Assembly: GCF_004010195.1 (NCBI RefSeq) | Contig: NC_057755.1 | Coordinates: 7,930,676-7,994,675 of the forward strand | Reading direction: 5' to 3' | From: Chiloscyllium plagiosum | Lineage: Eukaryota | Length of the DNA stretch: 64,000 nucleotides | Shown: positions 1 through 11,377 of the stretch, piece by piece | How the letters are laid out: the number at the start of each line of letters is the position of its first letter | How positions within the stretch are numbered: position 1 is the first letter of the stretch | The notes under the pieces: generated by a model | The model's input: the letters and a program-made list of their open reading frames with translations, nothing else | What the model was told of the DNA's origin: nothing | Database searches by the model: none | Position numbers and translations under genes: made by a program

Positions 1-1050
1 AAGAATAATTATTGCCCTCGTGTTGCAAATGTGCGGGAGGGAGAAGCAATAATTATCGCCCTCGTGTTGGACAGTGTGAGGGAGCGAGAGACAATAATTA
101 TCGCCCTCCTGTTGGGCAGTGTGACTGAGCGAGAGATAATAATTATCGCCCTCGTGATGGACAGAGTAAGGGAGGGAGAGACAATGATTATCGCCCTCGT
201 GTTGGACGGAGTGAGGGAGGGAGGGAAAGGCGATAATAGTCGCCCTCATGTTGGACAGTGTGAGGGAGGGAGAGACAATAATTAAAACCCTCGTGTTGGA
301 CAGTGTGAGGGAGGGAGAAACAATAATTATTGCCCTCATGTTGGACGGTGTGAGAGAGGGAGAAACAATAATTATCGCACTCATGTTTTACAATGTGAGG
401 GCGGGAGAGATAATAATTATCGCCGTGGTGTTGGACAGTGTGAAGGACGGAGAGGCAATAATTACAGCCCTCGTGTTGGACAGTGCAAGGGAGGGAGACA
501 ATAATTATAGCCCTCGTGCTGGACCGTGTGAGGGAGCGAGAGACAATAATTATCGTTTCCTTGTTTGACAGTGTGAGGGAGGGAGAGACAATAATTATCG
601 TCCTCGTGTTGGACAGTGTGAGGGAGGGAGAGACAATAATTATTGCCCTCGTGTTGGACAGTGTGGGGGGTGAGAGCCAATAATTATCGCCATCGTGTTG
701 GACAGTGTGAAGGAGTGCGAAGCAATAAGTATTGCCCTCGTGTTGGACAGTGTGAGGGAGTGAGAGGTAAGAATTATCACCATTGTGTAGGACAGTGTGA
801 GGGAACTAGAAACAATAATTATTGCCCTCGTGTTGGACAGTGTGAGGGAAGGAGGGAGAGACAATAATTATCGCCCTCGTGTTGGACAGTGTGAACGAAG
901 CAAGGAAGGACAATAATTATCGCCCTCTTATTGGACAGTGTGAGGGAAGGAGGGAGAGACAATAATTATCGCCCTCGTGTTGGGCAGCGTGAGGGAAGGA
1001 GAGAGAGACAATAATTATTGCCCTCGTGCTGGACAGTGTGAGGGAGCGAT
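1..1050. repeat. ~45-bp tandem minisatellite (consensus GAGGGAGGGAGAGACAATAATTATCGCCCTCGTGTTGGACAGTGT), ~23 copies, runs off the window start
   Basis: Unit directly visible; the ORF track shows the matching 15-aa periodicity VREGETIIIALVLDS. Confidence 0.95.
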
Positions 1051-1099
1051 AAACAAATTTAAGAATCTCTCCGCTCTCCCCCCCAATAACCACCATCAT

Positions 1100-1480
1100 T
1101 AACTTCAGGAACGGCACTTTACGGACACAGTCCTCTCTCCCTTCGACTCTGCTCCTTTCTGGCTGGGACCAGCCGTCGCAGCCATTTTAGCTCCAGGCCC
1201 CGCCCCCTCGGGCCCCGCTAGATGGCGGTTCACGGCCGCTCTCGTGCCCCGAGTGACCGTTAGCAGATGCTTCAAGGGAAACTCTTTATAGAGAAACAAA
1301 CCTTTCAGGGGAGAAAACACAAAAGCGGCCGACTCCAGGTGCGGCCAAACACAATAATATGGATCAGAATGAAATCTTCTCACAGACAGAGAGGTGAAAG
1401 TGATGGAGGAATTGTGTGTCCCCGCATCAAGTCTCAAAACACACTGCCGCGAAGGACAGCCGCCCCCGTGACTCGAAACG
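1100..1480. promoter_or_regulatory. CpG-rich promoter-like segment with YY1-like, GC-box and CTCF-like motifs
   Basis: CGCAGCCATTTT (1177-1188, YY1-like), GGCCCCGCCCC (1196-1206, Sp/KLF), CCGCTAGATGGCGG (1215-1228, CTCF-like); local CpG enrichment. Confidence 0.55.
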
Positions 1481-1639
1481 TAATCTCTGCTTTATCTCTC
1501 TCTGAGCAGATGCTGCCAGACCTGAAACATAGTAACAGATACTCAGTGGGGTGAGTCCTCGTTCAGGATTCACTGAAGGTTCAGTTGGCAGCTGGAATGC
1601 AATGGGGAACGTATGTGTGAGGTTATGCACTGGATTAAA

Positions 1640-1770
1640 AGGAGAGATGGTCCTGGGGGCGGTGGTACTGAGTCTTCCTTCACACATCTCTTTCTGGAAT
1701 GTGCTTTTGCAAAGTAAGTCAGAAAAAGATGCAGTGCTTCTGCTAAGGTTTATCCCAACACCAAAAGCAT
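1640..1770 (+). mobile_element. Short Tx1/L1-like ORF2 C-terminal (zf-RVT) fragment
   Basis: Translates to THLFLECAFAK followed by ...RFIP, resembling the zinc-knuckle region of Tx1-type LINEs. Confidence 0.45.
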
Positions 1771-1784
1771 GACACATTAGAGGT

Positions 1785-2530
1785 ACAGTTTGCAGATGAC
1801 ACCAAAATTGGAGGTTTGTGGACAGGGAAGAAGATTACCTCAGATTTCAACAGGATCTGTACCAGACTGGGCCAATCGGCTGAAAAGTGGCAGATGGAGT
1901 TTAATTCAGATAAATGTGAGGTGCTGCATTTTGGGAAAGCAAAACTTAGCAGGACTTATACACTTAATGGTAAGGTCGTAGGGAATGTTGCTGAACAAAG
2001 AGACCTTGGAGTGCAGGTTCATACTTCCTTGAAAGTGGAGTTGCAGGATGTCATGAAACTTGAAATGGTTCGGAAAAGATTCACAAGGGTTGAAGGATTC
2101 GAGTTGTAGGGAGAGGCTGAACAGGCTGGGGCTGTTTTCACTGCGGCGTCAGAGGCTGAGATGTGACTTTGTAGTGGTTTCTAAAATCATGAGGGTCATG
2201 GATAGCGTAAATAGACGCGTTTTCCCTGGGGTTGGGGAGTCCAGAACTAGAGGGCATGAATTAGGATGAGAGGAGAAAGATATAAAAGAGTCTGAAAGGG
2301 CATTTTTTTTTCAAGCAAAGTGTGTTGCATGAGCTTCCAGACAAAGTGGTGGAGGCTGGTACAATTACAACATTTAAAAGGTATCTGATGGGTATATGAA
2401 TAGGACGGGTTTTTAGGGATGGGACCAAGTGCTGGAAAATGGGACGACATTGGATTGGGATATCTGAATGGCATGGACGAGTTGTACTGAAGCGTCTGTT
2501 TCCTTTGTGTACATATCTATGTCTCTGTAC
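1785..2530 (+). mobile_element. CR1-type LINE 3' fragment (RT C-terminus and tail), internally deleted
   Basis: FADDTKIGG, AEKWQMEFNSDKCEVLHFG, ERLNRLGLFSL; CR1/HER1-type 3' tail. Confidence 0.9.
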
Positions 2531-3316
2531 TATGTGCAATTTAGCATTGCCTGGTCCAGGTCAACGTGCTGTGGGATGTAGACCTAAAGACAGTAGGGAA
2601 AGATCACCGCTTGAGAAATTTCTGTTGAAGTTAAAGGTGGGATCTGATCATTTATGGGATCCTTCAGGTAGGTCATCTTTGTGTTTGCTTTTTATTTGTT
2701 TGGTAGGGTTGAGTCAAACTGCGGTGTTTGTTTGGTTTCTTCACCAAAGAAATGTTTTTGAAAGAAAAAGTAACTACTAATCTGAAGGAGTTGGGCGATA
2801 AGACCAGGGTGAAGAGCCGACTCAGGACGATCTCTTGGAGAAGTGTTCTCATCACCTGTCCTGTGGAGAAGGGCTAGCTGCCAGGACATCAAAATTTCAC
2901 TTCCATTAATGTGACCACACACCAGTCAGAATATTTCAGTCCCGAAATAAATCATTCACTCTGATGGAGAACAGGGAAACCACTAACCAATTAGTGAAGA
3001 GCTTTACTATCCAATTCTTGAAACTGTTGCTCTTCCTGGTGATTCATCGTTCTGCCCTGTATATTGGAAGATATCAGGTGGAGGAGCTGCATTAAAAAGG
3101 GAGACAGAAAGCAGGAAAGATATGCCAGTTAGCTTATCATGTCACATGGAATCTGTTGGAAGGTATTAGTCAACCAGGGAGAGCAGGACACATTGATCAG
3201 TACAAGTTTCTGACAGCTTCAACATTGTTTGGTGTTTCTATTGAATTTCTTTGAGGATGTAACATGTGTCATTGATGAACAGGAATTTACTGAGCCTTAG
3301 TTTTTTTTTAAAATGT

Positions 3317-3680
3317 GGGCAATTTAGCATCGCAATTCACCTAGTCTGCACATCGTTGGACTGTGGGAAGCAACCAGAGCGCGAAGGGAAAACCCACGCA
3401 GACAAAAGGAGAATGTGGGAGTTTGTGTATTTTCCCTGCTTCTGCGTGGGTTTTCCCTGGGTGCTCTGGTTTCCTCCAGAAGTGCGGGTTAGGTGAATTG
3501 GCTATGCTAAATTGCTCAAACTGTTTCGGGATGTGTAAGTTAGGTGCATTAGTCATGAGTAAATTTAGAGTAATAGGGTAAGGAAATGGGTCTGGGTGGG
3601 TTATTCATCGGAGGGTCAGTGTGAACTTGTTTGGCCAATGGCTTGTTTCCACACTGCAGGCATTCGATGATTCTATGATA
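3317..3680. mobile_element. HE1-type SINE with an inverted 5' segment (minus 3317-~3415 fused to plus ~3415-3680)
   Basis: GGGCAATTTAGCAT...TTCACCTA...TGCAC is the reverse complement of the GTGC...TAGGTGAATTGG...ATGCTAAATTGC SINE core that follows. Confidence 0.75.
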
Positions 3681-4029
3681 ATATAACGAGACACATCAAA
3701 GATTATGGCAGAAAGTAAAGGCTTGACCTGTCTCGGAAAATAATTGCATGGGAACGCTTGGTTTACTGAAATGGAAGGCATTTGGAAGCAACATTGGCAT
3801 TCACGGTTCTTCTGAGACTTTAAGCAAGTTACAAAGTTTCTTTTCTTTGCCTTTGGCCCGAGGTGCCTACTCTTCACCATAGATATGCAATCCCTCTGCA
3901 CTTTCATCTCCTATCAGGATGGTCTGAAATGTCTTTGCTTCTTCCTCAAAAAGAGACCTGAACAGTCCCATCCACCAGCATCCACTTCCTCCATGCCAAG
4001 GTCATTCCTTGGTCCAGTACTACTTAAGG

Positions 4030-4770
4030 GTAGAACATAGAACAATACAGTGCAGAACAGGCTCTTCGTCCCTCCATGTTCCGCCAACACGTGAACTATT
4101 CTCAGCTCATCCCTCTACGGTATCCCACCAACATCCATGTGCTTATCCAATGACTGTTTAAATGCTCCTAATGTGGCTGGGTGAACTAAATTGGTAGGTA
4201 GGGCATTCCACGCCCTTACCACTTTCTGACTAAAGAAACTTCCTCTGACGGTTGTCTTAAATCTATTACCCCTCAATTTGTAGTTACACCCCCTTGTACA
4301 AGCTGACATCATCATTCTGGGGAAAAGACTTTCGCTGTCTACCCTATCTAATCCTCTGATCATTTTGTATGTCTCTATCAAATCCCCTCTTAGCCTTCTC
4401 AGCCTTTCTTCATAAGACCTTCCCTCCAGACCAGGCAATATCCTCGTAAAGCTCCTCTGCACCTTTCCAATGCTTCCACATCCTTCCCGAAATATGGTGA
4501 CCAAAACTGTACACAATATTCCAAGTGTGGCTGCACTAGCTTTTTGCACAGTTGCAGTATAATATTGCGGCTCCGGAACTCAACCAATCCACAAATGAAA
4601 CCTACCACACTATGACTTCTTAACAGCACTATCAACCTGGGTGGCAACTTTCAGGGATCTATGTACATGCACTCCGAGATCTCTCTGCACATCCAAACTA
4701 TCAAGAATCTTTCTATTTACCCAGTACTCTCCCTTCCTGTTGTTATTCCCAAAGTTCATCACCTCACATC
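4030..4770 (-). mobile_element. CR1-type LINE 3' fragment
   Basis: LVQPHLEYCVQFWSPY, RGDLIETYKMIRGLDRVD; (TTCTATG)-type tail at 4030-4045. Confidence 0.9.
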
Positions 4771-4974
4771 CACCCAAAGCTCTTTGTCTAATACATTGGT
4801 GATCCGACTAGTGCTATTCCTGCTCTTGCCAGAATTAGAAAGAAATACACTAATTCGCTTCAAATTTCTATCTTTCTCACATGCCCACCTGCTCTGTTTC
4901 CGACTTTTCCTTTCCTTGGTCTCTTTGTTTCCATTTCTGGGGAATGGTTGTCAACCAAAACTTAGTTCAAACAC

Positions 4975-5160
4975 ACCGGTTACCTCAGATGCACTTCCTC
5001 ACATCTTGCTCCCTGTGAGGATGCTGGTCTATTCCGGCTGTTACTCCATCTCCATCTTCATCTGTGTGACCATCCTTTAGCGCTTATCCAATGGGAGCAT
5101 GAGCTCCTTTTCCCTCAACTGATGATTCCCCTTCTCCACTCTGCTTAATAGGGCTCTCGC
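4975..5160 (+). mobile_element. Highly decayed Penelope-like (Neptune-type) fragment
   Basis: Resembles the 32710-32900 region (YTSSHP.SC.DAI..SQ.L.L..IC motif). Confidence 0.4.
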
Positions 5161-5290
5161 TGATATACTAAATAAATCAACAAAAGAGGCAATGTGGGTT
5201 CACCTGAGAACTTTTTAAAAGTTGGCAGCCACACTGCTAGTAGTGTACCATCGATGAGCAAATCCTCTGAGGAAAATAGAAGAGCATTGG

Positions 5291-6850
5291 ATTGGATTAT
5301 CAAGGTTTGGGCATTCGCGTTAGTGTCGATGTGTATTGGCTAACATCAATCATCCTTACTTCTTGGACAGCCCTATTGGTCTAAATCTACTGGTAAACCA
5401 TCTTTTTTTTTGATGATCTTACCCACTAATAATTTCCCTCTGATCCCTTGGTCTTTCCAAGTTTTTTTTAAATATATACTTCATCTGTTTAGATTTTCTA
5501 CTGGGCTTTCTGTAATTCGAGAATTTTTTGTCATGGTCAGAACTTTATTTTACCGTTCCAACTCACCCTGTGTGTTTGGGACATCTCTGAAGCTCTAAAT
5601 CTGAAAATATGACAATTTCTGATGTTGGATCGTGTCTCCACGTCATCACCAGAGTCTCATCTTTGAGTACTTCCCACTGATTCGTCCTTATTTTTTCTTC
5701 AAGATCCGCATCGAGTTCAACTTTACCAGGTAATCTCTCAGATTCAGAAGATTTGTCTGCACCAAAATTCAAAGTTTTACCCTTATTGCCTCTGTCTTGT
5801 TGCATATTCATGCTAACTGTAAATGTAATAATGTCACGAACTCAAAAATGGTCTCTCTCTGGAAATTTGTCCACAAGTCCAGCTTCATTTCAGAAGATTA
5901 ATTCTAGAATCGCAGTCCCTCTCATTAGGCTCTCAGGTGCTAGAGAGATGAGTTAAATATAATTTAAGAATTTTGCGTTCTCAGTGCCTTTCAGTCTGCT
6001 CATATTCCAATTGATGTTTGAGAGCTTAAATCCCCAACTACTCGTGGTCTTTTGTCTTAAGATTGAGAAATGTCTTACATTAAGACAAAAGACCACGAGT
6101 AGTTGGGGATTTAAGCTCTCAAACATCAATTGGAATATGAGCAGACTGAAAGGCACTGAGAACGCAAAATTCTTAAATTATATTTAACTCATCTCTCTAG
6201 CACCTGAGAGCCTAATGGGAGGGACTGCGATTCTAGAATTAATCTTCTGAAATGAAGCTGGACTTGTGGACAAATTTCCAGAGAGAGACCATTTTTGAGT
6301 TCGTGACATTATTACATTTACAGTTAGCATGAATATGCAACAAGACAGAGGCAATAAGGGTAAAACTTTGAATTTTGGTGCAGACAAATCTTCTGAATCT
6401 GAGAGATTACCTGGTAAAGTTGAACTCGATGCGGATCTTGAAGAAAAAATAAGGACGAATCAGTTGGAAGTACTCAAAGATGAGACTCTGGTGATGACGT
6501 GGAGACACGATCCAACATCAGAAATTGTCATATTTTCAGATTTAGAGCTTCAGAGATGTCCCAAACACACAGGGTGAGTTGGAACGGTAAAATAAAGTTC
6601 TGACCATGACAAAAAATTCTCGAATTACAGAAAGCCCAGTAGAAAATCTAAACAGATGAAGTATATATTTAAAAAAAACTTGGAAAGACCAAGGGATCAG
6701 AGGGAAATTATTAGTGGGTAAGATCATCAAAAAAAAAAGATGGTTTACCAGTAGATTAAGACCAATAGGGCTGTCCAAGAAGTAAGGATGATTGATGTTA
6801 GCCAATGCACATCGACACTAACGCGAATGCCCAAACCTTGATAATCCAAT
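5291..6850. repeat. Near-perfect long inverted repeat: arms 5291-6060 and 6080-6850, 19-nt spacer 6061-6079
   Basis: Mirror ORF pairs (5563..5811- / 6329..6577+; 5753..5956+ / 6184..6387-); I see only about 4 substitutions and one homopolymer indel between the arms. Confidence 0.97.
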
Positions 6851-6867
6851 GCATTAACTTTTGTTTT

Positions 6868-7158
6868 ATTAGATTAGATTACTTACAGTTTGGAAACAGG
6901 CCCTTTGGCCCAACAAGTCCACACCGAGCCCCCGAAGAACAACCCACCTAGACCCATTCCCTTACACCGAACACTATGGGTAATTTAGCATGGCCAATTC
7001 ACCTAACCTGCACATCTTTTGGACTGTGCGAGGAAACACACGCAGACACGGGGAGAACATAAAAACTCCACACAGACAGTCACCCAAGATGGGAATTGAA
7101 TCCAGGTCTCTGGCACTATGAGGCAGCAGTACTAACCATTGTGCCAACATGCCGCCCC
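6868..7158 (-). mobile_element. HE1-type tRNA-derived SINE
   Basis: (AGATT)n tail, conserved core GGCCAATTCACCTAACCTGCAC, tRNA-like head with A/B boxes on the minus strand. Confidence 0.92.
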
Positions 7159-7434
7159 TTACTTGAATCACTTTGAACCATAAAACCGTTTTTATGATTT
7201 ATTCCACGGTGATGAACATAAACCTATTGTGGTGAAGATCTGTGTGAAAAATTTGTATAAGGGAACACGTCATGAATTGGCATTGAAATATGCTTCCCTT
7301 TGACCAAAAGACTGCATCACGGAATGATAGATCAGAACAAAAACACGCCCCCTCCTATTGAAATGGCCAAGTTTAGGGAAAAGATACCCACCATTCACCT
7401 TATTTCTTCCCTTCATGCATTATGAAACATTTAT

Positions 7435-7790
7435 AAAAGACACCTCAATGGGTATATGAATAGAACAGGAAGAGTTTCGAGGGATGTGGGCCAAATACTG
7501 GCAAATTAGGATAGGATATCTGGTCAGCATGGTTGTGTTGGACAGAAGGGTGTGTTTCCGTGCTGTACTTCTCTGTGACTCTATGACACTATAAGGTCAC
7601 CTCTCAACCTCCCACACGCCAGTGAAAAAAATCTCCCTGCACACCCAGCCTTTCACTGTGTCTCAAACCATCCGTTCGCTGAGATGTCTTAGCAAATCTC
7701 TTCTGAACCTTCACCAGCTTAATAATATCCTTCCGATAACAGGGCAATCAGAACTAGACACAGTATTCCAGAAGAGGTCTCACCAATGGC
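7435..7790. mobile_element. Two abutting CR1 fragments (plus-strand tail ~7445-7585, minus-strand ~7590-7790)
   Basis: Tail GAAGGG..TGTTTCCGTGCTGTAC..CTCTGTGACTCTATG; minus-strand piece resembles LEYCV.FW. Confidence 0.7.
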
Positions 7791-7951
7791 TGTTTTGATT
7801 AACGAGGTAGAGGAGAATGAAAATAAAGATGGGGGAACAAAAATGCTTTAAATTTTTCTGTGTGTTTTAAGTTGTGTCAACCAACTACTCCGGAAGAAGC
7901 AGATTGAATATTTCTTAAAATTGGGTTACTTCAACAACAGTTTCTGTCAAA

Positions 7952-9602
7952 GTTTGTCCGAAAATTTGGAGCTCGGGTGCTCGTTGTTGTGGTTCTGTTC
8001 GCTGAGCTGGAAGTTTTTGTTGCAAACGTTTCGTCCCCTGGCTAGGCGACATCATCAGTGCTTGGGAGCCTCTTGCGAAGCGCTTCTTTGATGTTTCCTC
8101 CGGTGTTTATAGTGGTCTGTCCCTGCCGCTTCCGGTTGTCAGTTTCAGCTGTCCGCTGTAGTGGTTGGTATATTGGGTCCAGGTCGATGTGTTTGTTGAT
8201 GGAGTTTGTGGATGAACTCTCAGGGGAATGTAGCATGAGCAGCCAAGTTTCTGGTACCGAGACTGACTCTAATGAAACAAGGGGTATGTTGTGGTTCTGT
8301 TCGCCGAGCTGGAAGGTTTTGTTGCAAACGTTTCGTCCCCTGGCTAGGCGACATCATCAGTGCTTGGGAGCCTCCTGCGAAGCGCTTCATTGATGTTTCC
8401 TCCGGTGTTTATAGTGGACTGTCCCTGCCGCTTCCGGTTGTCAGTTTCAGCTGTCCACTGTAGTGGCCGGTATATTGGGTCCAGGTCGATGTGTTTGTTG
8501 ATGGAGTTTGTGGATGAATGCCATGCCTCTAGGAATTCCCTGGCTGTTCTCTGTCTGGCTTGCCCTATGATAGTAGTGTTGTCCCAGGAAAATTCATGTT
8601 GCTTGTTGTCTGCGTGTGTGGCTACTAAGGATAGCTGGTCGTGTCGTTTCGTGGCTAGTTGATGTTCATGTATGCAGATTGTTAGCTGTCTTCCTGATTG
8701 TCCTATATAGNNNNNNNNNNNNNNNNNNNNNNNNNNNNNNAAGAGTATACAGGAAAGCCACACATACAGACCAAGCCCTAAACTATTAAAGTAACCAACC
8801 CAACACACACAAACGAAGCTGCATCAGGACACTATTCAAAAGGGCCACAACACACTGCAGTACACCAGGACTGCAAAAAGAAGAAGAGGAACACCTATAC
8901 AAGGTATTCGGCAAAAACAGATACCCGCGCAACTTCATCAGCAGATGCCTAAGAGGAAGACCTTGGAACGAGGACGTACCACAACCAAAAGGTCTAGCCA
9001 CACTACCATACATCAGGAGCATCTCGGAACTGACTGCCAGACTACTGCGACCCCTAGGACTCATAACGGCACACAAACCAACAGCCACGCTCAGACAACA
9101 ACTCACCAGAACGAAGGACCCGATACCCAACATGAGCAAGACGAATGTAGTGTACAAAATTCCATGCAAGGACTGCATTAAACACTATATAGGACAAACA
9201 GGAAGATAGCTCACAATCCGCATACATGAACATCAACTAGCCACGAAACGACACGCCCAGCTATCCTTAGTAGCCACACACTCAGACAACAAGCAACATC
9301 AATTCGACTGGGACAACACTACTATCATAGGGCAAGCCAGACAGATAACAGCAAGGGAATTCCTAGAGGCATGGCATTCATCCACAAACTCCATCAACAA
9401 ACACATCTACCTGAATGCAATATACCAACCATTACAGCGGACAGCTGAAACTGACAACCGGAAGCGGCAGGGACAGACCACTATAAACACCGGAGGAAAC
9501 ATCAAAGAAGCGCTTCGCAGGAGGCTCCCAAGCACTGATGATGTCGCCAAGCCAGGGGACGAAACGTTTGCAAAAAAAACTTCCAGCTCGGCGAACAGAA
9601 CT
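7952..9602. mobile_element. Penelope-like element (Poseidon-type): plus-strand RT thumb and GIY-YIG fragment (8741-9602) preceded by two inverted 3'-end copies (7952-8217, 8287-8710)
   Basis: VYRKATHTD, NVVYKIPCKDC..HYIGQTGR, REFLEAWHS; 18-bp flanking direct repeat ACAACAGTTTCTGTCAAA at 7934-7951 and 9603-9620; contains gap 8711-8740. Confidence 0.92.
9532..9571 (+). ncRNA. Minimal type I hammerhead ribozyme core in the Penelope 3' end (further copies on minus: 8022-8061, 8324-8363, 27644-27683)
   Basis: GCA-CUGAUGA-UGUCGCC..GGGGAC-GAAA-CGUU-UGC: conserved core, helix II, palindromic ACGU helix III, 3-bp helix I. Confidence 0.7.
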
Positions 9603-10349
9603 ACAACAGTTTCTGTCAAACTGAATGAGTCATAAAAAACATTGCAATTGATCAAATAGAAATGGTGGTGGAGGGTATACAGAGAAACAAATTTACTGTC
9701 CCATTAAAAAGAATTAAAATATGTATTGGTAAATGGAATGTCTTTTTCTCTAGGGGCAACTGATACAAGAGAGGAAATGATTGAATGTTTTGAAAAGGCA
9801 ACAATGTCATACAGACACAGTGATATTACTAAGTGGAGGAATTATAGGGACCACTAGCCTTGTACTAACAAGAATTAGGAATTACAGTCATTTATGAATG
9901 AATTTAGTACAGTGCTGTAAAAAGGTTAACTTCTGAATATATAATATTATTATCCCTATTAAGTTTGGATAATGTGATTCACTGGATATTGTTTTATTTC
10001 ATGGTGATATATGTTTGCTAAAGAATTGCTGCCTGATACAATTCAAATATATTTCTGCTGACAAACTATGTATTAGGTTAGTATTTATTATCTGAATATG
10101 GCGACAGAACTAAAAGCAGCATCTGTTGGCCCCTCAACTGTTCACTCTCAGCCAAACAGGCACAGCCTGACCTCAGCTGGATTCTGCAATTATGTATTGT
10201 TTTGCTTCCAGATATGTTGATGCTGAAATGGAAACATTGAAGAGTGGTTTGCTGAGTTCAGTATCTGAGCCCAATTGATATTTTAAGAAAAATCAATTTT
10301 TACACAGCACGTTCATTTTTTCTATTTGATAATCTGTCCAATGCGTGAT

Positions 10350-11035
10350 TCATAGGGTCATGGAAATGTGCAACACGTAAACAGACACTTCTGTCCAACT
10401 GGTACATGCTGACCAATAAGTCTAGTCCCATTTGCAAGCATTTGGCCCAAATCCTTCTGAACCCTTCCCATTCATATCCCCATCCAGGTGCCCATTCAAT
10501 GCTGCAATCGTACCAGCCACCGCCACTTCCTCTGGCAGCTCATTCCATGCACATGCATCCCTCTGTGTTAATAAGTTGCTCCTTAGACACCTTTAAAATA
10601 TTTCCCCTCTCACCTTAAAACTATGCCCTCTAGTTTTGACTCGCCCACCCCACAGAAAACAATTTAGTAATCCTACCCATAACCCTCCATTGGTTTTGGA
10701 AACCTCATAAGGTCACTTCTTTGTCTCCAATGCTTCAGGGAATATGGCCCCAGCCTATTCCGCCTCTCCTGACAGCTCAAACCCTCCATCTCTGACAACA
10801 TCTCTGTAAGTCTTTTCAGAACCCTTTCAAATTTAATGCTATGCTTCCCACAGCAGGGAGCTGAGATTAGCACACAGTATTCCAAAAGTGGCCAAGCCAA
10901 TGTACAGTACAGCCACAACATGACTCCCCAGCTCCTATACCCAGTGCAGTGGCCAGTAAAGGCAAACATACCAAATGCCTTTTTCACTGTTCTGTCTACC
11001 TTGGATTCCACTTTGAATGAACTATGAATCTGCAC
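10350..11035 (-). mobile_element. CR1-type LINE 3' fragment
   Basis: KVESKVDRTVKKAFGMFAF...LEYCV; CR1 tail. Confidence 0.88.
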
Positions 11036-11377
11036 TGAAGTTACACGCTGTGGTTAAAGTTGGAATTCATTTCTGCACGAAGGAAATTTACGTGATTTAT
11101 TTTATTTACAGTTTCACATTTGCTCATAATCCATAAGTGTAAACTTTAATGCTATGTCCTTATTTCTGTAATGCTTAAATTAATGCCAAATGTTGTCATT
11201 GCCTTTGAAGAACGAGCTGAAACTATATACTTTCATATGGTGTAATCTTTAATGATACAAAAATACAATCCCTGTTGCTACGTTCAAGAATTGAATAATC
11301 GCCCACTCCACTCTCTGTTTAACAGATGTAATGTACATTGCAGAAGCTTTGCTTAGTTGCTTAACAGAAAATAACTA

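Noticed and set aside
1..1050. Repeat array as a CRISPR array or as genes for 15-aa repeat proteins
   Set aside because: Units are contiguous with no unique spacers, the context is vertebrate with no cas genes, and the ORFs arise in several frames and both strands simply because 45 is divisible by 3
5563..6577. Mirror-image ORF pairs as duplicated small genes
   Set aside because: They are by-products of the palindrome, and the underlying frame has stops on both sides
5291..6850. Palindrome as a MITE or foldback DNA transposon
   Set aside because: No TSD outside both arms; the direct repeat brackets only the left arm and the right arm is continuous with the flanking frame
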